From positions 1-64,000 of the forward strand of contig JBEKOM010000005.1 in the NCBI GenBank assembly GCA_049521795.1: a DNA stretch of 64,000 nucleotides, read 5' to 3'. Source of the stretch: Candidatus Bathyarchaeia archaeon. Its GTDB lineage: Archaea; Thermoproteota; Bathyarchaeia; Bathyarchaeales; Bathycorpusculaceae. The notes beneath the pieces are model-generated. The model was not told where the DNA came from, ran no database searches, and saw nothing but the letters and a program-made list of their open reading frames with translations. The position numbers were made by a program, and so were the translations under genes. Positions 26,572 to 36,463 of this stretch are shown here, piece after piece. Each line of letters opens with the position of its first letter. Within the stretch, counting starts at the first letter, position 1.

Positions 26572-27597
26572 TTGGAAAATGACCCAATAATCGAGGTCAA
26601 GAACTTAACGAAGGCCTTCGGCAATTTCGTTGCAGTTGACAACATCTCTTTCAATGTGAAAAAAGGCGAGATATTCGGTCTGCTCGGACCCAACGGAGCT
26701 GGCAAGAGCACAACCTTACGCATGCTCTCCACGTTAGCAAGACCCACGAAAGGAACCGCCACGGTTGGCGGTTACGACATAATTAAGGACGATACCGAGG
26801 TGCGGAAACTGATAGGCATCGTGTCCGAAAAAATGATACTGTACAACCGGTTGACAGCCAAAGAGAACTTGGTTTTCTTCGGAAATCTCTTCAACATCCC
26901 TAAAAACATCTTAAATAAGAGAATTGATGACCTGTTAGAGCTGGTTCAACTTACGAAATGGAAGAACGCTCAAGCAGGTACATTTTCTACTGGCATGCGA
27001 CAGAGGATGAACGTAATACGGGCGCTGCTCAACATGCCCCAAGTGTTATTCTTGGATGAGCCAACTCTAGGTTTGGATCCTCAGTCGTCTGTTGAGATCA
27101 GAGAGTTCATAAAGAAACTCAATAGAGAAAATCACACCTCGATTATCATAACGACGCACATGATGGTGGATGCTGATTTGCTGTGCGACCGCATCGGCAT
27201 CATGGACCATGCTAAGATAGTTGCGCTTGATACATCAACGAATTTGAAAAGAGTGATTTCTGGAGCGGACACAACAATACTGAAACTGGAGATTGGAAAT
27301 TTATCACCCGACATTATTGAGGCAATCCAGGCGTGCGGATGCACTGATGCTGTTACTCAAGAAAATTCCAACCATTTGAGAATCATCGTCCACGGCAGTG
27401 AGGCGTTCGACTCAGTAATCGACGCAGTGAGAGCGAAAGGCGGAAAGATAAACTCTATTGAAAACCTTCAGCCCACACTTGAGGATGTGTTTTTGCACAT
27501 AACTGGTCACGAGGTAAGAGATAGTGCGGACCAGAAGATACCGATGGCGATGGGTCGTCGACGCTTTGGGGCGCCCCCGCAAGGAAGGGTAAGGTGA
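26572..27597 (+). CDS. ABC transporter ATP-binding protein (DrrA-like)
   Basis: GPNGAGKST, FSTGMRQ, LFLDEPT. Confidence 0.95.
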   Translation: MENDPIIEVKNLTKAFGNFVAVDNISFNVKKGEIFGLLGPNGAGKSTTLRMLSTLARPTKGTATVGGYDIIKDDTEVRKLIGIVSEKMILYNRLTAKENLVFFGNLFNIPKNILNKRIDDLLELVQLTKWKNAQAGTFSTGMRQRMNVIRALLNMPQVLFLDEPTLGLDPQSSVEIREFIKKLNRENHTSIIITTHMMVDADLLCDRIGIMDHAKIVALDTSTNLKRVISGADTTILKLEIGNLSPDIIEAIQACGCTDAVTQENSNHLRIIVHGSEAFDSVIDAVRAKGGKINSIENLQPTLEDVFLHITGHEVRDSADQKIPMAMGRRRFGAPPQGRVR

Positions 27598-28784
27598 GCA
27601 GTGTGGGCGCAAGAACTCTGCTTTCACACAGTTTTAGGATTGCCTGGAAAGATCTGACAGAACTTTTCAGGAACCGATTAGGGCTTGTCTTACTTATCCT
27701 GATGCCGCTGTTCATGATGGTCATGATTGGCTTCATATACCCGTCAGGCAACAGCTTACCAACTAACCTGCCAGTTGCACTCGTGAACGAAGACATGAGC
27801 TATGCCAATTTTTCCACCAGTGCGAGCCAAAGTTTCATCGCGATCTTGCAGCAGATTAACAGAAACACAAGCATGATGGTTCTCTCCAACGCGTCAAGTG
27901 CTAACGACATCAGAAGAATGGTTCAGAAAGGCGATATCGAAGGAGGGATAATCATCCCAAGCAATTTCACTCAGAGCATTTTTACAGGCCAACAAGGTAC
28001 TCTAATCATTGTTACCGACCAGTCTAATCCTCAAGTATCGGCAACCATTCAGGCATCTTTGTCGACGGTATTTGACAACATGGGAACAATGTTAGCTCTT
28101 CAGATGCTAAACGCAACTAGTTCTCTAGCAATCGTGAAGCCTTACAATGTTCAGACAATAGGAGTTGTACCTGGAACCCCCAGTTACTTCGACTTCATCG
28201 CGCCAGGAATAATGGCCATGACCGTAATGATGAGCGTCATGACAGGGCTCCCTGTGGCGATATCCCAAGAAAAGGAAGTCGGCACTTTGGACGGGATGAT
28301 GGTTGCACCGATCAATAGGCTGTCCATAATACTTGGGAAAACTCTAGCTCAGACTGCCAGAGGCCTGCTGCAAGGAACCATTATACTAGTATTGGCTGCA
28401 GGTTTGTTCCACGTTGCAATTCAAGGAAGCATCGTGCTTGTCTTCGGGCTGCTATTGCTAGGCGTGTTCAGCTTTGTCGGCCTCGGCATCGTGATAACGT
28501 CCTTCGCAAAAGACCAAGAGACAGCGCAGATGATGATGATGACACTGATGTTCCCCATGATGTTCCTCAGCGGAGTATTCTTCCCCATACAGCAGATGCC
28601 CTGGTACATGCAAGACATCTCAAGAGTGCTTCCCCTTACCTACGCATCGCAAGCCCTAAGGAAAGTCATGGTTCTAGGCGCAGGAATACCTGACATAACA
28701 ACTGAGCTTACGGTAATGATAGTGTTCGGAGCGATCATGACAGCAATAGCCGTTCCCGTCTTCAGAAGAATGATGACAAGATAA
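27594..28784 (+). CDS. ABC-2 permease
   Basis: EKEVGTL, FLSGVFFP, LPLTYA; multi-TM. Confidence 0.93.
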   Translation: MSSVGARTLLSHSFRIAWKDLTELFRNRLGLVLLILMPLFMMVMIGFIYPSGNSLPTNLPVALVNEDMSYANFSTSASQSFIAILQQINRNTSMMVLSNASSANDIRRMVQKGDIEGGIIIPSNFTQSIFTGQQGTLIIVTDQSNPQVSATIQASLSTVFDNMGTMLALQMLNATSSLAIVKPYNVQTIGVVPGTPSYFDFIAPGIMAMTVMMSVMTGLPVAISQEKEVGTLDGMMVAPINRLSIILGKTLAQTARGLLQGTIILVLAAGLFHVAIQGSIVLVFGLLLLGVFSFVGLGIVITSFAKDQETAQMMMMTLMFPMMFLSGVFFPIQQMPWYMQDISRVLPLTYASQALRKVMVLGAGIPDITTELTVMIVFGAIMTAIAVPVFRRMMTR

Positions 28785-28801
28785 GAAAGGAGTCTATCAC
28801 T

Positions 28802-29749
28802 TTGGCAAATCCGAGTATCGAATGCGCAAAACTTTCCAAAAAGTACGGCTCTTTCGTAGCAGTGTCAGATCTGAACCTGAGAATCGAAGGGTCGAAGTGC
28901 GTTGGATTCTTGGGCCCGAACGGCGCAGGGAAGACAACCACTCTAAAAATGTTCACTGACCTGATCAGGCCGTCTTCTGGAGAAGCTCTGATAAACGGTT
29001 TCAACGTGCACACTGACAAGAAAAAAGCACTTGCTTCTGTCGGTGCCATGATTGAAACTCCAGAAATCTACCCCTCGCTAACGCCCAGAGAAGCGCTCAT
29101 GATGATAGCTGAGATAAGAGGAGTGCCGAGTGCAGAGCGAAGCAAGAGAATAGAGGAAGCCGTTTCAGAAGTTCGCATGGAAGAATGGATGGATAAGAGG
29201 GTTGGCAAGTTTTCCAAGGGAATGAAACAGAGAATATGCATCGCCTCGGCGCTTCTGAGCGACCCAACAATACTTCTTCTGGATGAGCCTACTAACGGTC
29301 TGGACCCAAGAGGAATGAGCGAAGTCAGAGGCATCGTGAAATCCCTTAAGAGCAAGAAGAGACTGATTTTCATGAGTTCCCACATTCTCAGTGAGGTTTC
29401 AGAAGTCTGCGACGAAGTCGCGATGATCGATCATGGAAAGCTAGTCGTCTACGACACGATTCCCAACGTGACAGCGAAGTTCACGGGAGGAGAAAACATC
29501 GTGGAGGTTGAGCTGAAACGTCCAATCGATTCCGAGCTGACAATCAAGAAAATAGCGGCTATTGCAAGCATAGTAACGGCGGAGAGAAAAAACGACAGGA
29601 GCTTGACAATCAGGTTCAGCGGAGGCTCAGACGCACAAGAAAAGATTCTCTCTGACCTGGTGAAAATGAACATCGGAGTGATCAGTTACAGACCAGCGTC
29701 ATCGGAGCTCGAAGACGCATATCTCAAACTTATCACGAGCACGGTGTGA
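28802..29749 (+). CDS. ABC transporter ATP-binding protein
   Basis: GPNGAGKTT, FSKGMKQR, LLLDEPT. Confidence 0.95.
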   Translation: MANPSIECAKLSKKYGSFVAVSDLNLRIEGSKCVGFLGPNGAGKTTTLKMFTDLIRPSSGEALINGFNVHTDKKKALASVGAMIETPEIYPSLTPREALMMIAEIRGVPSAERSKRIEEAVSEVRMEEWMDKRVGKFSKGMKQRICIASALLSDPTILLLDEPTNGLDPRGMSEVRGIVKSLKSKKRLIFMSSHILSEVSEVCDEVAMIDHGKLVVYDTIPNVTAKFTGGENIVEVELKRPIDSELTIKKIAAIASIVTAERKNDRSLTIRFSGGSDAQEKILSDLVKMNIGVISYRPASSELEDAYLKLITSTV

Positions 29750-29755
29750 TCAAAC

Positions 29756-30637
29756 ATGAATGAAACAGAAACAATATCTGATAACAAAGTGCCGAGCAGC
29801 CTCACGCAAGTCGGCATCACCATGAAATACACGTTCCTCGACTACTTCAGATCCCGCAGATTCTTCATACTCCTGACCATTACGGTCATAATAAGTGCCA
29901 TCCTCACCGTCTTGGTGGGATACTACCGCCCCCAAAGTTTTCTCGGAGATCCAGCTCTTGAAAACGCGGGCACGCGCGTGCTGACATTCTATTCAAGCTG
30001 GTGGGGCGGCAGCGTCACATTCGTGATCGTACTCGGAGGGATATTCTTCGGCGGAGACGCCATCAGTGGCGAATTCCAAAACAGAACGGGCTACTTCGGC
30101 GTTCCGAACCCCATCCGAAGATCGAGCATATACATCGGCAAGTGGCTATCAGCCTTCATTGCAGCCACCATAATCTTCGCCATCTTTGCAGCCATCACTG
30201 TTGGCAACGGGTTATACTATTTTGGCGCTAACATTCCCATCCAATTTGGTCAATCACTGCTCTACGCTTGGTTTTACCTGGCAGCAGTTATGGGCTTCAC
30301 TTTCTTCTTCAGTTCACTGTTCAAGAGCAGCAGCATGTCTATCCTCGTGACCGCGATCCTATTTCTCTTCGTGTTCTCACTGCTAGAACTGCTTGTTGCA
30401 ACCCTCGTCAGTGTTGAACCCTGGTTCATCCTAACCTACGGGGCCGGAATAATCGGAAACATACTAAATCCCAGCGGGTACCCGAACCACATCACACCCC
30501 TCTCTCCAGGCGAGAGAAGATTTGCCCTAAACCCCTACAGCGCCTATGTCCCCGAAGGGCTAGTCATAATAGGACTGTACTTTATCATAACCGCGATATT
30601 GGGATTGGTCCTCTTCGAAAGAAAAGAGTTTACCTAG
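29756..30637 (+). CDS. ABC-2 family permease
   Basis: DAISGEFQNRTG...GKWL; about 6 TM; ends FERKEF. Confidence 0.9.
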   Translation: MNETETISDNKVPSSLTQVGITMKYTFLDYFRSRRFFILLTITVIISAILTVLVGYYRPQSFLGDPALENAGTRVLTFYSSWWGGSVTFVIVLGGIFFGGDAISGEFQNRTGYFGVPNPIRRSSIYIGKWLSAFIAATIIFAIFAAITVGNGLYYFGANIPIQFGQSLLYAWFYLAAVMGFTFFFSSLFKSSSMSILVTAILFLFVFSLLELLVATLVSVEPWFILTYGAGIIGNILNPSGYPNHITPLSPGERRFALNPYSAYVPEGLVIIGLYFIITAILGLVLFERKEFT

Positions 30638-30692
30638 ACGAGAATTGTCGGTGAATGACAGAGAATAAGGAAAGAAAAATGTAAAGAAGGAG

Positions 30693-31031
30693 GTGGAACA
30701 ACTGACATTTGTGAAAGTTGCTGAAACCTCGGAGATACCCTTGGGAAAAATGAAAGCTATTCGGTTCGGAGAAAAAGAGATTCTGGTTGCCAACGTTGGC
30801 GGCTCGTATTATGCCATGGGGAATAGGTGTACTCACGGGGGCGGAGACCTTTCAAAGGGGACGTTAGATGGCACAACGGTAACCTGTCCCAACCACGGCG
30901 GCAAATTTAACATCACAACGGGTAAGGTTGTTTCTGGTCCAAGAATTCTCTTCATGCACCCAAAGATCAATGACGAGACCTCATATGAGCTGAAAGTTGA
31001 AGGAAAAGACATAATGCTCAAAAACGAATAG
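30693..31031 (+). CDS. Rieske [2Fe-2S] ferredoxin
   Basis: CTH...CPNH ligands. Confidence 0.9.
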   Translation: MEQLTFVKVAETSEIPLGKMKAIRFGEKEILVANVGGSYYAMGNRCTHGGGDLSKGTLDGTTVTCPNHGGKFNITTGKVVSGPRILFMHPKINDETSYELKVEGKDIMLKNE

Positions 31032-31205
31032 TCTCTGGAGACATATTTTACGGAACGCCTGTTCACGCGCGCTAACTGTCGTGCGACGAGTGGACCACAC
31101 TGAAATTTACCGTTGCTACGGCCTATAGAGTTTTTTCGTGAAACCCCATTGCGACCTAGGTTATGGCAGGACTTCCGTTTCGAGATCGCGCACGGGAGCT
31201 TCATC

Positions 31206-31763
31206 TTATAGAATTTCATTTGCTGCTTCCGTGTAGACTTTGAGATCGTGTTCAGTGAATAGGGCGAAGGTTATTTCGCGCAACGTGCTCTCTCTTTCAA
31301 GAAATTGCTTCACCGTGGTTAGAGCTGTTCGGCTTGCCTTTTCAACAGGGTATTCGTATGCTCCTGTGCTTATTGAAGGGAACGCCACTGTTTTCAGCTT
31401 TTTGGAAGCAGCCAGCTCCAGCGAGTTCTCGTAGGCATCAGCCAGAAGACCTGGTTCACCGTGTGACCCTCCATGCCAAACTGGTCCGACCGTGTGGATC
31501 ACGTGTTTGGCCCTTAGGCGTCCTCCGGACGTGATGACTGCCTTTCCAGTCAGGAGACCGTTCGGCCACTCTGAAGCTCTTATGCGTTTGCACTCCTCGA
31601 GTATTGTGGGTCCGCCTTTTCGGTGAATGGCGCCGTCGACGCCTCCGCCTCCCATGAGAGTCTGGTTTGCCGCGTTCACTATGGCATCAGCGTCAACGTC
31701 GGTTATGTCTCCCTGAACGAGGCGGATTTTCGCATTTCTGACGTTGAATTCTGCAGCAATCAT
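31206..31763 (-). CDS. Macro-domain O-acetyl-ADP-ribose deacetylase
   Basis: GDIT, IVNAAN, GGGGVDGAIH, FPSISTGAY. Confidence 0.95.
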   Translation of the reverse strand: MIAAEFNVRNAKIRLVQGDITDVDADAIVNAANQTLMGGGGVDGAIHRKGGPTILEECKRIRASEWPNGLLTGKAVITSGGRLRAKHVIHTVGPVWHGGSHGEPGLLADAYENSLELAASKKLKTVAFPSISTGAYEYPVEKASRTALTTVKQFLERESTLREITFALFTEHDLKVYTEAANEIL

Positions 31764-31782
31764 CTTTTTTCCCCATTGACCT

Positions 31783-32313
31783 TTATTTCCTATCCAGATC
31801 AGCTATGAAGCGTTTCTGCATCTCGACTATTTCTGTGCTGTTTCGGGCATTTTTGTAGCCTTCTAGTCTTTCATGGTTCATTTCGAGAAAAGTGTGTCCC
31901 CACTTGAAGATGGAAAGCAGCTGAACAGCCTCCTGTTCAAACCCGACGATGTACAAGGCTGCAGCCAGAGCCTCAACAGTTGAGAGTTTGGTTGGCTTGC
32001 CAAAGTTAACGGGGTTTCCTGCGATCAAGAAGGGCAGACATCGAGACGTTCCCTTAACGCGTTTCAGAAGCACTTCTTCAGCCCGCTCCCAGCTGCAATC
32101 CAAACCGGCCAGTCCAAACTCTTCAACACGCTCTTTGTCGGCGGGAGAAAAGGCAACTTCTGAAAAAGGATTGAGAACAATAGCCCTCTTTGGGAGGTAC
32201 CTTATTTGAAGAACTTCACGGACGAGTCCAAATCGTCTGAGCTTCGACGCACTACATTTTCTTGGATCATCTTGCTTCGCGTTGTAAACGACGATCTTAA
32301 CTTGCCTTTGCAC
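31783..32313 (-). CDS. tsr3: 16S rRNA aminocarboxypropyltransferase (DUF367)
   Basis: DDPRKCS, LDCSW, NPVNFGKPTKLSTVEALAAAL, FKWGHTF. Confidence 0.93.
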   Translation of the reverse strand: MQRQVKIVVYNAKQDDPRKCSASKLRRFGLVREVLQIRYLPKRAIVLNPFSEVAFSPADKERVEEFGLAGLDCSWERAEEVLLKRVKGTSRCLPFLIAGNPVNFGKPTKLSTVEALAAALYIVGFEQEAVQLLSIFKWGHTFLEMNHERLEGYKNARNSTEIVEMQKRFIADLDRK

Positions 32314-33832
32314 GTGCTTCCTGCACCCTTGCATGATCCATCGGGTTATTCAGAACGTACGGAATCCAGTCGAGAAGGTCTGATGCGACCATGTGGGGTC
32401 CAATTTCTTGGAAGACGAAGTCTCCGGCAGCTCCGTTAACGAACGCGCCTGCGACAGCCGCCTCAAACGGGTCGACTTTTTGAGCGAGGAAAGCTCCAAC
32501 GATTCCTGAGAGCACGTCTCCTGTGCCGCCGACTGTCATACCAGGGTTGCCTGTAAAGTTGAGTTTCAAACGGTCTCCGTCAGAGATTAAGTCAACGTGC
32601 CCCTTCAACAGTATGACCGCGTTGAGCTTTGCCGCTGTCTTTAGCACTTCCGTGACTTTCTGAGAAAACGCGTCTGGCAGTTTTCTCCCCGTCAGTATAG
32701 CGTACTCTCCAGCGTGCGGAGTTAAGATCAGGGGCACTTTGAGCTTTCTCTTGAAACCCGCGAAAGCCTTCAAACCGTCTGCGTCCAAGAGCAACGGCTT
32801 TCCAGCATGTTCGACGGTGTCAACGATCGCCTTAACGGCCTCACTGGTTTCATCGTGCAAGCCGAGACCTGGACCCAAGACGACGGCGTTACAAGTCTCC
32901 ACGTGTTCTTTCAACTCTGAAACGTTGCTCAGGTTCAAGTGACTTCCCGCAAGCTTTATCGTTATCAAGTCTGGCGACAGTGACGAGATGGCGACGGCGG
33001 TCTTCTCCGGGGCAGCAAGATAGGCTAGGTCAGCGCCAGTGCGCAGAGCGGCCTGTGCCACAAACGTGGGAGCACCTGAGAAAACTTCGCTTCCACCGAT
33101 AACCAGTAAACGTCCAAAATCGCCCTTGTGCGACTCTGATGGCCTTGGCTTCACGACTGCCAGAACGTCGCCTGGACCCGCGTAACTCTCAAACTCTTTA
33201 GGCAAACCTATGCGCTTCACGACCAGTTCGCCGACGAACTTCTTGGCTTTCTCAAGTCCCTTCTTCGACCTGTGAAAAGTTATCGTCAAATCAGCCTTCA
33301 CGGCTGCTCCGAGAACTTCTCCAGTGTCCGAGTCGATCCCGGTTGGCACGTCAACGGCAACTCGGAAAGCATCCACCGCGTTGATCTTCTTGACCAGCTG
33401 TAGAACCGGCGGCCTCAGGCTTCCTTTAGTGCCCGTTCCAAGCAGCGCGTCAACCACCACGTCCGCGTCTACTTCCGGTATCAGCGTGCTGTCGTAGACT
33501 TCATGCAAGACTATTGTGTCTTGCAGAACCTGCAGTGCTTTATGATTTTGTAGAGCTTCCTTGTCCAAGATGTCCTTGCTCTTGCCCGCAAGAATTACCG
33601 TGACTTTGAAGCCCATAGAAGAGAGGTGTCTCGCGGCGACGAATCCGTCCCCGCCGTTTCCGCCCAACCCGCAGAAGATCGCAACAGACTTTCCCGGTTT
33701 GAAGCGTGAAGCAACCTGGCAGGCGACGCAGTGCCCAGCGTTCTCCATCAACAGAAGCCTAGGGACACCGAAGTACTCAGAGTTAACTTCCAGAACGCGC
33801 ATTTCTCGGCTGGTCAATGCATCTTTCAACAA
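32297..33832 (-). CDS. nnr: Bifunctional NAD(P)H-hydrate epimerase/dehydratase
   Basis: LMENAG, GNGGDG, DVPTG, HKGDFG, LTPHAGE, GGTGDVLSG. Confidence 0.95.
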   Translation of the reverse strand: MLKDALTSREMRVLEVNSEYFGVPRLLLMENAGHCVACQVASRFKPGKSVAIFCGLGGNGGDGFVAARHLSSMGFKVTVILAGKSKDILDKEALQNHKALQVLQDTIVLHEVYDSTLIPEVDADVVVDALLGTGTKGSLRPPVLQLVKKINAVDAFRVAVDVPTGIDSDTGEVLGAAVKADLTITFHRSKKGLEKAKKFVGELVVKRIGLPKEFESYAGPGDVLAVVKPRPSESHKGDFGRLLVIGGSEVFSGAPTFVAQAALRTGADLAYLAAPEKTAVAISSLSPDLITIKLAGSHLNLSNVSELKEHVETCNAVVLGPGLGLHDETSEAVKAIVDTVEHAGKPLLLDADGLKAFAGFKRKLKVPLILTPHAGEYAILTGRKLPDAFSQKVTEVLKTAAKLNAVILLKGHVDLISDGDRLKLNFTGNPGMTVGGTGDVLSGIVGAFLAQKVDPFEAAVAGAFVNGAAGDFVFQEIGPHMVASDLLDWIPYVLNNPMDHARVQEARAKAS

Positions 33833-33990
33833 GCCTGGAGCCCCAGTAGCCTAGTGCTTTGAAACTGAAGATAAGCATATCCGTTAGTCCTGATACGCAA
33901 CATTTCCTGAAATATGCCGTAGTAAGGCCAGCAGGGCTCGCAGCAAAACATTTTAATGCAGAGAGCCAAACAATAGAGGCGGAGATGCAA

Positions 33991-34233
33991 ATGCCAACGG
34001 CATTCGTGTTGATAAATACAGAAATCGGTTCAGAAGCAGACGTGCTGAAAGACCTGAAGAAGGTAGAGGGAGTTGAAGAAGCAAACGCTGTCTACGGAGT
34101 CTACGACATAATAGCAAGAGTGAAGGCAGACACGATGGACAGACTGAAAGAGATCGTGACGTGGAAGGTCAGGAGACTCGACAAGGTCAGGTCAACGCTG
34201 ACCATGATCGTCGTTGAAGAAGGAGCAAAATAG
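33991..34233 (+). CDS. Lrp/AsnC ligand-binding-domain-only protein
   Basis: AFVLINTE...VYGVYDIIA...STLTMIV. Confidence 0.9.
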   Translation: MPTAFVLINTEIGSEADVLKDLKKVEGVEEANAVYGVYDIIARVKADTMDRLKEIVTWKVRRLDKVRSTLTMIVVEEGAK

Positions 34234-34239
34234 CAAGCA

Positions 34240-34251
34240 CTCCCCCTTTTT
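34240..34251 (+). terminator. Probable oligo-T terminator
   Basis: CTCCCCCTTTTT just after the stop codon. Confidence 0.4.
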
Positions 34252-34320
34252 ATCGAAGACAAACAATCCCTTTATTTACGTTCTATTCTGACTTATTCGA
34301 AAGAGAACAGGCTGCTCTGA

Positions 34321-35658
34321 ATGAAGAAAACGATGCACATTGGACTCGACGATACGGACTCGACCAGAAGGGGGTGCACAACTTACGTCGCAGCTCTCCT
34401 CGTGGAGAAACTGCTAAAGCTGGACGCCGATTTCATCGACTATCCTAACTTGATCAGGCTGAACCCTAACGTTCCCTGGAAAACGAGGGGAAACGGCGCA
34501 CTGTGCCTCAGAATTCAGCTTGATGAAGGTGTTGCGGACAAAGTCAAGGAAACAGTGATCTCGACAGTTGAGAATCAAGCGGACATGGAATGCAGAGGCA
34601 CAGACCCAGGCATAGTGGTTTTTCAGTCACCCACGATTCCGAGGGAACTCGGCACTTTTGCAAGAAAGACCATAACAGGAGTAGTAAACCTGCAAGATGC
34701 AACGAGGCTCCTAAAGAAGTTTAAAGGTGAGGCAATCGGATTCAAGAGTGGCAGAGGAGTCATCGGCGCGTTGGCAGCTGTTGGAGAGAACCTGCAAGCA
34801 GACCACACGTACGAAATCATCGCGTACCGGACTCCGGAAAACATTGGGTCAAAGCGAATGGTAGATGAGGCTTCAGTCTTTGAGATGGACGCGGCAACGA
34901 GGCCATACACGTTCAACAACGTCGATGCGGAGAAGAGAAGGGTCATAATCACTCCTCGAGGACCAGACCCGATTCTTTTCGGCATACGAGGCGAAAGCGC
35001 AAAAATCGTGAAAAATGCTTTTCAAATGCTCAAGGTTCTTGAACCCATCGAGAGATGGGTCATCTTTCGCACGAATCAAGGAACGGACGCACATCTCAAA
35101 CGAGTTGAGAAGCTAAGCGGGATAACGCCCTACAGTCCACTCATCGCGAGGGGAACAGTCTCGGCTGGCCCTAGGATGATTCGGGGAAGACACGTGATCT
35201 TCTCGATTAAAGACGAGAGCTGTGAAGTGGATTGCGCAGCCTACGAACCCACGGGAGCTCTTCGCGCCGTGGTAAAGAAACTGATCGTTGGGGATCAAGT
35301 GGAAGTCTACGGTGGTGTCCGTTCCCCTTTGCCGAGCACGCCTCTGACCATAAACCTTGAGAAAATCCGATTGCTGAAGCTTGCATCACAAATCGTCTTT
35401 CACAACCCGCTGTGTTCAAGATGCGGGAAACGACTCAAGTCAATGGGAAAGGAAAAGGGTTTCAGATGCGACAGGTGCGACGCGAGATACCCTTCTCTCA
35501 CAAAGGTTGAGGCTAAAGTGAAACGGGAAGTAAGAAGAGGCCTTTACATAACTTCGACCCGGTCTCAGAGACACTTGACTAAGCCTTTTGTCCGTTATGG
35601 GATGGAGAAGCGCCATGAACAGGTTGAAGAATTGTCGAGCGAATGGCACTTCCCCTGA
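34321..35658 (+). CDS. tiaS: tRNA(Ile2) agmatidine synthetase
   Basis: IGLDDTDS...GCTTY, RLNPNVPWKTRGNG, TNQGTDAH, AAYEPTG, Zn ribbon. Confidence 0.96.
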   Translation: MKKTMHIGLDDTDSTRRGCTTYVAALLVEKLLKLDADFIDYPNLIRLNPNVPWKTRGNGALCLRIQLDEGVADKVKETVISTVENQADMECRGTDPGIVVFQSPTIPRELGTFARKTITGVVNLQDATRLLKKFKGEAIGFKSGRGVIGALAAVGENLQADHTYEIIAYRTPENIGSKRMVDEASVFEMDAATRPYTFNNVDAEKRRVIITPRGPDPILFGIRGESAKIVKNAFQMLKVLEPIERWVIFRTNQGTDAHLKRVEKLSGITPYSPLIARGTVSAGPRMIRGRHVIFSIKDESCEVDCAAYEPTGALRAVVKKLIVGDQVEVYGGVRSPLPSTPLTINLEKIRLLKLASQIVFHNPLCSRCGKRLKSMGKEKGFRCDRCDARYPSLTKVEAKVKREVRRGLYITSTRSQRHLTKPFVRYGMEKRHEQVEELSSEWHFP

Positions 35659-35660
35659 GG

Positions 35661-35912
35661 CTATTTTTGATCTACCTTGAAGATCTCTTGCAGCATCTCG
35701 TACAGCTCGTCGCCCCCCTCAACCTTTGAGAAGAGGTCTTTTTCCGCTTTAAGCAGTCTTCCCATAGTCGAGTATGTTTGTCGCCACTCCAGCTCCTTCC
35801 ACATTAAGCGGTAATTCTTCAGTTCAAGCCATGCGCGGAAAACGAGGACTGCGAACATGCCGAGCGTCGCCAACAGATTCAGTATGTATATGTCCAGTAT
35901 TTCGTCTGCCAT
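35661..35912 (-). CDS. Small single-TM hypothetical protein
   Basis: SD GGAGGTGG upstream; clean ORF. Confidence 0.75.
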   Translation of the reverse strand: MADEILDIYILNLLATLGMFAVLVFRAWLELKNYRLMWKELEWRQTYSTMGRLLKAEKDLFSKVEGGDELYEMLQEIFKVDQK

Positions 35913-36005
35913 CGTCCACCTCCTCCTTGCTCTTTAGCCCTAATTTATCGGCAAAACGCATTTAAATCAGACTCTGACTAGCTTGAAACAGAGAGAAGGC
36001 TCGGC

Positions 36006-36314
36006 TTGAGCGAGGTTGTCTCGCCACTTGTTTTCCAGTTGGGCGTCGGCGGGGTAGGCGGCTTCATCGTCGGGTTTGCCCTCAAGAAGCTCAGCAAGCT
36101 CGTACCCGTTCTGATAGGTGTTTTCATACTGGCGCTTATCTACTTGAGCACGCGAGGCATAATTAACATAAACTATGATGTCCTCTGAACCGCACTGACA
36201 GGTTTGCTCGGCTCAGCTGGCTCAGCGTTCTCACGGCTGATCGGCGTCATATCAATACTGCCTTTCGCGGGAAGTTTCATCACGGGCTTCCTCATAAGGC
36301 TCAAACTTGGATGA
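36006..36314 (+). pseudogene. FUN14-family membrane protein with in-frame TGA
   Basis: QLGVGGVGGFIVGFALKK...GIININYDVL* then reading continues TALTGLLG...LPFAGSFITGFLIRLKLG*. Confidence 0.8.
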
Positions 36315-36463
36315 GGATCGCTTCGAAGCCGGGACTTGCGAAAGTGAAGACGCGAGGAGGGCCTATGAGCGTCAGCGAAGACGTTCAGCGAAATAGTTTA
36401 AATGTCCGTTTCTTGTTAATTCTTTGAAAAATCTGGTTCCTTAGTTCGTCGGAGCGACTGAAG

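Noticed and set aside
36186-36188. Selenocysteine recoding of the FUN14 TGA
   Set aside because: The position looks like Trp in a membrane protein rather than a redox Cys, no SECIS was recognised, and other decay signs are present
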